Assembly (NCBI GenBank): GCA_002633005.1
Contig: NMRA01000462.1
Location: forward strand, 1 to 40,430
Direction: 5' to 3'
DNA: 40,430 nucleotides
Source: Phoronis australis
Taxonomy: Eukaryota; Animalia; Phoronida
Below are positions 25,173 through 36,146 of this stretch, piece after piece. How positions within the stretch are numbered: position 1 is the first letter of the stretch; each line of letters begins with the position of its first letter. The notes beneath the pieces were generated by a model, which saw nothing but the letters and a program-made list of their open reading frames with translations, searched no databases and was not told the origin of the DNA. The position numbers and the translations under genes are program-made.

Positions 25173-25511
25173 GATTAAGCAGCCTCGATTGCGAGCCCTT
25201 TAAATACATGGTGAAATGGCTTGCATCCATGCCAAATGAATCGGAGAATGCGTGAAAAGGGTGCTTCTATGAGAGGAAGTAATCACGACCTTATACAAAG
25301 GTAAGGTTTGTGATTATTTTAACGATTATTCCATGTTTATTCTTCTGATGCCTGTTAACTGAGGTACTAGCCGATGTCGACTTCGCAGCAGCCGCTAGTC
25401 CGGTTAATCTTTGTTGTGTGTGTTACGATACTTGATGTAGCACTCCATCTTTTCAAAGCAGTATTATTGTTTGGAATGATTTCTAACAGGTTTATCGGTG
25501 ACAGTTACAGA

Positions 25512-25720
25512 AAATTGTGCTGAAATCCCAGGGTGAAAACTCGCCGACTGACTGCCTCGCAATCATCGATATGGCGACTTGAATGCTTCAATAAAAATAC
25601 AGTTTTGACTCAAGCAAATTACGTGAAATCCTCCTTAAGTTTTCCAAGTAGCGCCCCTAAGATTTTTAAGTTCCCGTGGAGTCGGAATTAACGGCAGGTT
25701 TAAGTACAAATCTGTGCTAC
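25512..25720 (+). repeat. Dispersed ~205-bp repeat, copy 2
   Basis: Direct match to 14315-14520. Confidence 0.8.
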
Positions 25721-27075
25721 ATCGTGCCATCTACATGTATGATCGGCGAATACGGTATTATATACATCCTTGCTTTGAAAATAGAAGTTACTTAATTTTG
25801 TGTGAAATTGTAGAGCAGTCACCCTATTATATTTTTGAAAAACGGGTAGCATTTTTGACCCAACTTGGAGTACTTAATTACTCATATTTCAATATTTGTT
25901 CCAGGTTCAGTGACATTATGAGGCCTCTTCAAGCCGCAACATAGACAAGCTTTGTTACTCCTTTCTTTTCCCAAAGCATTTCCACTCACCAGCAGTGCGG
26001 CATGGCACAATGTACATGTCAGTGGCCCTGGAGAAATGTGTATCGCAGTACTAAGTTACCATAAGACAATGTGCCAGTGAATTGTTTGTATATGCAGAGG
26101 AACTATATCTGACTGCTACACAAGTCAGCCTCATTGGTGAGGATGCCCTTTCATAGCCAATGAGTCGTGTGTGGACAATAGCTGATTTCCTTTCCTGGAA
26201 GAAACATGAGGGACTGAAGTTAAAGAAGACCTAGTGACACTCTGGTCTAGTTCAGGGTCAGATTTTGGGCACAAAACAAGTCAAGCGATATGTTGTTGTG
26301 TTTACCTTCAAGGATCTAATTGTGGATGTTACTGAGGCTGAATGAGGTTATATGAAGGAAAGCCACGTGCCGAAACTGGAACTTTTTTACAAGCGCTTCT
26401 ATAGGCCATTGAAACTTGATCCCAGTGAAATGAAAACTACCTGTCCTTTCTCAATGAGTGACATTAATTTTTCCTTTCAGAAGAAAGGCTTTATACTAAT
26501 GGTAAAAACTTTTCAATTTGGTACACATTATGAGGAAATGACATTCAGTGACTGCAGTAGAAAGCCCGTTAATGTTACACTTTGATGATCGAGTAAATTT
26601 TTCATCAACACGTAAGTTTGTCAATAATAATTGAAACCACAATAATTTTTCAGTTTTAAAGCCCCATACAGTGCAGTTGTGCTTAATCTTTATAAAGCTG
26701 AAATGATTACCGATTACGCTTGCGAATTGTCATTTTCCTGTTGACCTAAAGAAATGTGCAAAATAAAGTATTTCCTTTGTTTGCATTTGACTTGTTTGTG
26801 TGTGTAATTATTTTTAGAGCTTTCTTAAGAAGGCCTTTGAACAATTTTGTTAACTTGTCTACAACAAAAGTCCCACATGAAGAAAAGTATGTTTTCAATT
26901 GTAGCTTGCTGGATAAGAATCTGCTATGCACAAGATTCGAGAATAAACAATTATCAGTGTATTTAAAAATGGCAAACTGAACAACCACATACATACAAGG
27001 AAACAACATTGTTAAAAACAGTTGTAATTTTCCCAATGCAGAGGAGTCCATAATCAGGCATCAAGGGCTGGCCTT

Positions 27076-28330
27076 CCAAATTAGGTCCAATTCTCTCAGG
27101 TTATTGCTGAAGGATTGCTTTTCACTTTGTCCAAAGGTAAAATAGATGGTCAGGTGGCTGGTTTCAGTCGTCTCTCACCTGTAACAGAATGGTCAGAGAA
27201 ATATTAGCAAATTATTAAAGAAAGACAAAACTACTTTTGTAAGGCAGAACATACTTGACGTTTCATCTTCATGTTTATGTGTAGAAACTAATAACCTTTG
27301 TACCCAAGTCTTATTTAATATTTGAATTAAAATATGTGAAACAGGCTAAAAGCGATTGAAAAATGTGTATTTTTCGTGACACTTAAAATGTGCTTCTGAT
27401 CTCAATAAGTAAAATTCATTCTAGGCGTCAATTTTTTTTCCAATGCAATGTTACGACATTTACTGAATTAAGGCTTATTCATGTTAATTCGATAACTGAT
27501 CTGGTAGTCGTGGGGGTGGGGTCCACGATAAAATAAGGAAACTCACTCATCTAGAGAATTTTATTGGAAACAGTATAGTTTTGAAGAGAAACTGCTGTAA
27601 AATTCATTCTAGGTGTCAATTTTTTTCCAATGCAATGTTACGACATTTACTGCATAGCTTATTCATGTTAATTCGGTAAATACCTGGTAGTCCTGGGGGT
27701 GGGATCCGCTATTGAAGAAAATTCACTCATCTAGAAAATTTTATTGGACATAGCATAGTTTTGAAGAAAAACTGCTGTGAAAAAGTCACCATTGACTTTG
27801 AGCGTCACGTACCATACATCTCTTATATTGGGACCAATCCCACCCAGGACAATATGTGAATATGTACTGCTAGCTTACCTGGCATCCGAGTGCCGGGTGA
27901 GTTTCCAAAAAGAAACGCGTAGTTCCACTAAATAATCCCGTTCTTCAGTGGGGGTAACTGGTGGGGATAACATCACCGAATGATGTCAATTGGTGCTAAA
28001 AACTTACCAAGTAACGTTATGTAGTCTCCCAATGGAAATGCATAAAGCACACACGTGGCTTCGACATCCACACACTTTTTCTCAGTTGGTTGACTCTTTT
28101 GACTGCAATTCTCCACGCCTGTAGTAACCTTAGGTCTTTTGAGAATTTGTGACCACCTATCAAGACTTGCACCAGGGAAAATAGCAATAATAAGGCTTAG
28201 TGCAACGACGTATTCTGATAACATTTCCGTCTTTTTACCAGCTGTTTACATGCAGACAGCGACGCATGCGCAATTCAATCACCACTTGTACAGCAGCGAC
28301 ACTGAGGAGAATTCTCCAAATAGCCCCATT
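27076..28330 (-). repeat. Inverted copy of 9891-10957 with an internal 188-bp tandem duplication
   Basis: Ends GAGAATTCTCCAAATAGCCCCATT. TAAAATTCATTCTAGG starts at both 27410 and 27598. Confidence 0.9.
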
Positions 28331-30944
28331 ATGACCTCTAGTTGTGTTTAGCCAGAAAGCCAGCAGTTTATGGCAGTGGCCGATGAGTTATCTTTCTAAA
28401 ATTGAAAATATGTTTCAACCTCGGACTAGTCCAGGCAAGGTGAAATGTCTCCAAGATAGGAAACAGTATGACAAACTGGCTAAATTTATTTTCTTACTTT
28501 TTTGGTAAATGATGCCTAGTGCTAAAATGATGCTGTCCCATATCCAAGCTTTGTACTCCTTAGCTACCAACAGACAATATTTTGAAAATGGTTTGGTCAT
28601 TCACAACAGTGTTAACTAGAAGCCAGGAAGTGCTATTTTGGGAATTATGTTTGCACAGAATTGGTTAGATTTTACAGTAAGTCTAATGCGAAAATAGCTT
28701 TAGTACAATTGAACTTGTGTTCGTGACGTTTCAATGATGGTGTGCAGTGCCACATAACTGAGTATGTTGTTCTGCACCTTGATGTCTGCTTATCTGATGT
28801 AAAGTCTTAACATTTTATGTAGATTACTCTCGACTGGCCTGATGGTGCATTAATTTCATTTGCTTAAATTCAATTCCCCTCTGCACTTCATGTTTAGTAG
28901 GTATGTATTAAAAACAGTTGGCATGGTGCTAGTTGTCATGGCGCAACTTGTTCTACTTAAAAGGCTTTTCCCACTGGCTGCGAAGCTTCGGTGTTGCCAA
29001 AGCTTCAGTCAGTGGGAACACTTAACTTCTGTCTTGAATCGGAAATTACCACACCAGTTAACTCCAAAGTATAGAGGTGGATTTAACAGCGAAGCGTCAT
29101 GGGAGCACTTAACTTCCATGCCATTGGAGTTATCGGCAGGGGTTACTGCCTGTGTTTGCCAACAGCGGGCATTGACTGTTTACTTATTGTTAATACTTTG
29201 AGATAACAATTTTTAATTGGTAGTTTAAGCATTCTGTTCATTTGCTGGATTCGTTGCGTCAAAAAGATCACTGAACGTAAAGTGTATGCAAAACGAGTTC
29301 CTGTCACGCCATACCGCCTTGTTTGGATCATCTGTTAGCCTGCTCAATAGTCAAATTTTTCTTATGTCGTTTCTAGTACATCATCATCTTCCTGACATGG
29401 CTACCGTTGCCTGTCTTGTGAAGTTGACATTCTAGTTTCCATTAGGGGACAGAGGGAGAGGTCCTTGCCATTTTGATGGCAAGCACCGACAACAGCTAGG
29501 CATATCAGGGCTCGACGCTATGAAAATCACCACGTCGCATTTTCAAAATCCAGCTCGCATTCATACATGTCTGGTCACAAAAAATTTCCGCCATTTTACG
29601 CGCCAAAATTGATTTTTTTAGATCATCAAGAAAATGTTAAGATTATGCTCTTACCTGCGGCATTAAATACTCACAAATTTCAAGTCGCAAAATTGGGATC
29701 TTACGTGCTGGTGCGGCATTACGGTTCTTCATGACCGTCATTGAAAGGCTCTAGTGCACGAAGCTAGTTGCCCACGTGAAAGTTGAATCAGTGCTCTCTA
29801 ACTGACACGTGCATTCGAGCAGCTAAGTTTGTTATGTGAAAAGGGAGAAAATACTCTGTGAAAAAGTATCCGCAATTTTGCCAGGTCTGACCTGCTTTGA
29901 TGATTGTCATGAAAGTCATTAAAGATAGCACAGAATACAAACTTCCTCCACTTTTGGTTTGCACCCTAAACTTACATGTAGTGATCTAGCAACTTAACTC
30001 GACGTTTGAAATATATCCTGTCGAAAAAAATCCATGAAACGTTTCACTAGCCGAATGACGTATTCGGATGCGTGAGAACAATTCAGTGCAAATTTCACAA
30101 CAAAATGTGCAGCTTTCCATAAAACGAAAAGCCTTGAAATAATTCCTGACTCCATGAAGTTTCCATCGGGTAATTTGAGTTTGCTCCTCTATACCTTCCG
30201 TTTATGGGAGTAACTGTCTTAATTTTACATGTCTGTCTGCTGGTAATGTTGATTACCTCAAATATATACTCACACTTCAAACGACAATGAGAGATCAAAA
30301 ATTGAAAGTCTTTAATTTAAAACAAAAAGAAATTGTCAATTAGAATGTTAGTGTTTCCAATAGTGTTGTGCGATGAATTTCCATTTTTTAAAACTGAGTT
30401 GTTTGTTTACATACCTGTGTTTGCAGACCACGTAACAAATCCCACGCCTACATTCACAGTAAAGTGCAACCATACAGTGTTCCCGGGCGCAGAGTCTGAT
30501 CGCGAGGACTGAATATGAACTCCCAGCATTGTATTGAACTTCAGAAGTGTGAGAACATTTGTGGGACACCTTGTGTGTAAACAATTTCATATTTGTCCTC
30601 CCGAAATTTTTTGTTGTCAGGTTATTTATTTTTTATTTTGGTATCCACCAATGGTTTTCAGTGACTTAACTGTTTTTGGGTACCCTACTGATTAAGCAAA
30701 ATATAGTGATGGCTTTGTGTCCCCTTTCAGCTTCCTTAGTTCATAAAAGAGTTTTTTATAAGTTAAGTGTTTGGTAGGCAGATGTCATCAGTTTATTTTT
30801 GCCTCACTGCTTTGACTTTTCAACCTCGTAAATCGATCATCAGAATAACCATGGCTTTAGGTCTTGAGGAAGATATTGTCATGACTCCATATTCTGGTTT
30901 GACTCATCACTGCATCGTGTTTGTATTTTGCCCAGCTTATGGGC

Positions 30945-31087
30945 ATGGAGTTTAAAAACCTAGATGCAATGAGTTTGAAGTATTGGGAGATTAGTCATTT
31001 TGGAAGCAAACATTATGGACTTTGTGCACCAGCTCAAGGCATTTATTCCAAGACTCAATATGAATATTCTGTAGTGGAGAACATTGA
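30945..31087 (+). repeat. Degenerate partial copy of the 22163-22458 MITE
   Basis: Shared TATTGGGAGATTAGTCATTTTG and a GTGGAGAACATTG terminus. Confidence 0.6.
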
Positions 31088-33015
31088 TGACTACCATACG
31101 AGTCTGGTTTAATGCCCACATTTCTTTTTGGTATTAGTTGGTCGGGGCCCTCGTTGCCTTGATTTCTTTTGGGCTGAATACCGGCCCCATTCCCAAGTGA
31201 AAATTTCCCTCATCAGGCCCAAAAGTTCCCCTCCAATTATTAAAAATTTCACTCATGGTTAGACTGAATCACTTGTTCAAAATATTAGTTTTGGCTTCTT
31301 GAGACGTTGCTGTTGAACGATGGCGACCTGGAGGTGGCATTGCTGATGACAAGGGAGGGATTTCCATTTTTTCAACCATAAAATTCAAGTCAGATGTCAT
31401 TGGCACCTTTCTCCTGTGTAGGCTTTGTGACTTATGTTATGCAAAGAATAATGCAGTTGTTGTATCAAGACATCCTGAAAGTAAAGGACAGTATTAAATT
31501 TGATAGCCAGTGCAAAGGTCAAGCAGCTGTACTCAAATGTGATCTAGGAAAACAAAGGTTTCAAATGGAAATGTTCTTGGTGTTAGTTTTTTTGGTGTTA
31601 GATTCCATCATTCGAGGAGTATATTTACATGAAACTGGTTTGTTAGCTTTGGGAAAACCTGTTATTTGTACGTCTTTGATCAGTGTATTACCGGTATTTA
31701 TTCAGTACTGTTGTATAGTGCCTTATTGTAGCACGAGTGGGTTTGTCAGTATTTAAAAAAAACTTATTTGAAGGAAGATTTTTTTTTTGATATAGTTTCC
31801 GTATCAAATTACAGGCAGTTAATTAGGAGCCTACCTTAAACGCTGTTGCCTTAGTTACGAATTTGATGCTGAAGGGATTCATTGTGGGCAGAGAAGTTTG
31901 TTAATTCCATGAAACTGGCCAAGTTTCTGTTGGCTAGTTTTTTCAAATTAGTTTCTTCATAGTGGGACCATATAACGCTGTTCGGCGAAATGAAAGCATT
32001 CTTGCTAAATGCGCCATGCTCCATATTCAGTGTAGGTGAGAAGGAATTCAATAGTTCAATTTTGGCGGAATGTTTTTGTTTGGTCAGTGTGGTGAATGTT
32101 TGTGTGGGAGGTGAGTCAGTGGTGGTCTTATTGTAATCTTATCTGAAGCATCTTGTATCCACCTTTTGGGGATCAAATCCTTAGGACTCATGGGTTGGTA
32201 ATAATTCTTTAGGTTATAGTTAGTGTAAAAATTCTCCAGTTTCACACTGAAAAATTATTTTGCTGAATGTCCGTGCTTGTACCAGGAAATAGGTACTATT
32301 GGTTGTCACAGGAATTATTCGATCAACCTCTAAAGGTCTTTGATCTTCATGTTAAAACACACATGAACATGTTACATCAGCCGAATTTGCATTGAATAGG
32401 AATTTATTTACGGTCAGTGTTTGAAGTATCGACAAATGCTGATACAGGTGTTCAAATTTAAAGTGTCGTTCTATTAAGACAATGTCTTTCAGGGCAACAT
32501 GGTGAAATAATATGTTTTCGTGCTTCTACTTTATGTGCAAAAGAAATGTGCGTTCGTGGAGAAGTTGAAATCAGTTTAGTATGGTCCGAAGACACAGAAG
32601 TTGTCAGTAAAAGCATTAACAATATTCCAGCCTGTTCCATGTACCATGTTCTGTTATGAGACTATGTGTATTACTGGGTTCCATTATGATAAGTGATGGG
32701 TTTTGGAACCTGAAAACTGTACCTTGATGTGGTAACTGGAGCCGCTCCGTCCATATCTCACGGATTTGGTTCATCACCTGGTGTGCCCACTTTCGTTGTA
32801 GAATAAAACATTGATATATACTTAATATTTTCATCGTCTGGTATAGTTCAGAGATGGGTACCATATTACAGAAGTGTGCTATGAACAGATTTGTTCAAAA
32901 TCTTCGTCACTCTTATCTTCTTTTTCTTGCTTGTGGTTAAAATCTAGCATGCAGTAACATGGGTTCCCAACTGGTCAGTGTTGGGTTCTATCAAACTGGT
33001 TACTTGTGAATTTCC

Positions 33016-33480
33016 AATAATATCCATCTATGTGGGAAATACACAAACAACAACCAATGAGAACCATCAAAAGCAGTTTCATGCAAATGTTTGTTGAGAC
33101 TGGTAGTGGTAAAATATCTGTCGTGTGGCCCACCCAATATTGAAAAATGTGCTACGAAAACCAAAATTCTGGCCTCCCAGATGACGGCCGTAGTCTAAAC
33201 TGCTGCGCAGCGGTGTCTTTGCTGACAACATATACTTCGCTGACAACATATACTTCGCAGAACTAACCACCAAGTCTTATTTTCAATGGGTAATATGATC
33301 AGTTGTCCGCAGAACACAAAAAGGTGACTTCAAAAGTGAATAGGCCTATGGTAAGCGACTTTCATGCCGGACTGGTTTAAATTCAATTGGCCATAACTAG
33401 TTGTTCCAGATGAATTAAATAGATAATGCAGGGGTTATTGACACGCCGCATTACACCATAAATAGACTAGCCCCCCCCAA
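33016..33480 (+). mobile_element. Internal fragment of the 17758-20017 hAT-like element
   Basis: Direct match to ~19191-19710 (AAATACACAAACAACAACCAATGAGAACCATCAAA ... CATAAATAGACT), with an 18-bp tandem duplication near 33221-33259. Confidence 0.85.
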
Positions 33481-34839
33481 CTAGTGGTCATTTTTACTGT
33501 TTTCTAGTTAGTTTTTTTGCATCCACCCCTATATTAACCAAACCGCTCAAAGGATGATTGTGAAAATTGGCAGGTATGTGCTTACTTTAGAGAGGACGGT
33601 TGACGATGATTTTGATGACTGTGGCACCTCCTAGTGGCAGTTTTGTTTTTGTTGTGCCTATGGCTGTATCTCGTTAACAGTTCGCAGGATCTTTACTTAA
33701 TTTAGCAAGTGTATTCAGTGTTCTCCACAACTGAAAATCTAAACAGGTCGCACACGCAAAAACTGCGACCTGCCGGAACTGTGCGGCGGTCAACGTTCTC
33801 CATAAGCTAGTGTGCACCTTATTTTTACCCACGCATTTTATTTACACGCCGCATTACACCATAAATAGACTAGCCCCCCAACCCGGGTCTGCAGCTTGAG
33901 TAAGACCGGTGATTAGGCTGTCCACAACTGACCACTTGGCCTTTCTTCAGTTTCAATGGGCTATGGCCAGTTGCTGCCAAGTGTGATTTGAACCAGTGAA
34001 GACCTTATTAATGACGACGATGTCTTTTTTACAAAGTAGTCCCTATATTTTTAAACTGGTCGCGGGATTTTTAAACAGGACGCGTGTTCAGCCAAACAGG
34101 ACGCTGTGACACGTTAAAAGTGGTCGTGGAGAACACTGGTATTTATATGATGTTGACTACAGATGACAACGACTTTCGGATAGATCTGACTACTGCTGTG
34201 CCCCCAGTGGCAATTTTAGTTTTTTTACGTTTAACTCAATATCTTCAAAGGTCTTCAACAGATTTTCATAAAATTTTAAATATAGGCATCTATTGGTGTG
34301 ATGACGCTATCTTTCTGTTTTTGGATGGAATCAAGGTATTTTGCACCACCTAGTGGCCATTTTTGCAGTTTTCAAATCCCTTTTTTGGTATGCACCCCTG
34401 TATCAACCAAATCATTTGAAACTTGGCATATATGTTCTCAGTGTGAAGACGACCTTTGATGATGGTGACTGACTACTGTTGCGCCTCCTAGTGGTAGTTT
34501 TGTTTTTCACCCATAGTTGTATCTCCTAAACCCACTGCAGGATCTTTACTAAATTTAATAAGTGTATTTATATGAAGATAACAACAGACGACGAAGACTT
34601 TCTGGCGGATCCAATGGACACTGTGCCCACTAGTGTCAATTTCATTTTATTCTGTTTTCCTTTGTTTCTCTGAAGTTCCTTGACAGATTTTTATGAAATA
34701 TGGCATTTTCCTGTTTTTGGATGGATTGTATGTTTTTGCGCCATCTAGGCCATTTTTATGATACAAATAAATAACTCTAAAAGCACACCATTTAAAATGC
34801 ATTCGCGGGCGCATTTCAACGCTCCGTGTTGCTCTTGTT
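33481..34839 (+). mobile_element. 5'-truncated Helentron-associated (HINE-like) element with ~440-bp repeats, interrupted by a hAT MITE
   Basis: Same CCTAGTGGC-rich units and the same 3' end GGGCGCATTTCAACGCTCCG..TTGCTCTTGTT as 36147-37746. Confidence 0.8.
33716..34138. mobile_element. 423-bp internally deleted derivative of the 17758 hAT-like element
   Basis: CAGTGTTCTCCAC / GTGGAGAACACTG termini; perfect GTATT duplication; left ~125 bp fused to right ~300 bp. Confidence 0.9.
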
Positions 34840-35325
34840 TAAAAGTACATTTAACCTGTGCTTTCTCATCTGTTAAAAAAAAACCCAAGTGGAGATTTAG
34901 GCCACTTGCTATTATGAAATTGGTCTAAAAAATTTCTTAGTCATAATTGGTGTCATTTTGTGGTTTGGAAAGATTTGAGAGTTTGTTGTTTCTTCAGACC
35001 AAGCTGAGACCTGAAATTTTGTGAACCTGGTTTGAAGAAATAAGCTATCAATTCTTCCCAACTCAAGATATCACTTCTAAACTGAATAAGGAACAAGACC
35101 ATACCATTTTTATAACGGATAGTAGCATAAATCTAAACTTTGGACATAAAGTATGGCTTCAATGCCGCTTTAAAGATAATGTCTAACTGGGCCCTATTCA
35201 ATAAAGCGGATGTCTTGCCGCCATTTTCGGATGTGAAGCAGCATGTAGTCCTTGAGAGACTTTATTTTACCTCCTTAAAGATTATAAGTTTTGTATTTGA
35301 TTTTCATTTAATACATTCTTTTCAG

Positions 35326-35498
35326 ATGAGGTGTAGTGATGTCTGACAGGGGGCGTTACAGATACAACATCCAAGACTCTTACGACGACCAGGATAAATC
35401 TCCCGAGAAACTCTTCCCAATGAAAACCAACGGCACAGGGTCACATGACTACTCGCATGGCGAGGTTCAGGAAATGATGATAATGAATGGCACAAACG
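35326..35498 (+). CDS. Candidate first coding exon of an unidentified host gene (ATG at 35339)
   Basis: Pyrimidine tract plus TTTCAG acceptor at 35325; GC content above the flanks; MSDRGRYRYNIQDSYDDQDKSPEKLFPMKTNGTGSHDYSHGEVQEMMIMNGTN; possible phase-1 donor GTACAG at 35499. Confidence 0.5.
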
Positions 35499-36146
35499 GT
35501 ACAGTTGATGGTTTTCTTTTAAAACTGCTTATCATTCTTTATCGTTGTTGGAAAATTCATGTGAATCAAAACCAGGTCACTTAGTATATTACGAAATGGA
35601 TCTTTAAGTTTTCTTGCCTTGATGGAACTTTATTTCCATTGCCCAAAATGTCCACAGCATTTAGGTGTCGAGAGTGATTTAGAAAGTCATAGGGGTGACC
35701 AACCTTTGCAAGATGTTACTATATACAACTTCGTAACAATCGTCCCTTCAAACATGTGGTGTTGAAAATCTGAAGAGTTACGTTGTCGTGTATATGAACA
35801 AACATAATGTTCAAAGGTATGGAATTAAAACATCAGTGTTGTCTATGTCTGTAATTGAACAGTTGCTCAGTGTATTAAACCCCCAGGACAATGTTTCATG
35901 CTACCTGCTTAAGGTTATCTCAAACCTTATTTAGTAGTCTCCATTCTGACACGTACATCAAAAAACAGGCTTTGTCAACCAGTAAAAGTAAATCTCTTCT
36001 GAAAAAAATGAGGAGAGATAACATAAACATGTTTTATATTTATGTGCCATTGTTATAACCTCAACACCTTTTTTTAAGTCAAAATTTCATTTTTAAGAAA
36101 GGTACATTTATAGCAAAATATTCAGACAGTCGATATTAATGAAACC

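Noticed and set aside
9891-28330. Polinton/Maverick interpretation of the long inverted repeats
   Set aside because: No polymerase B, integrase, ATPase or capsid ORFs, no AG-repeat termini and no 6-bp TSD.
32100-32864. Possible ancient LINE C-terminal remnant on the - strand
   Set aside because: Only vague resemblance, with no diagnostic motif.
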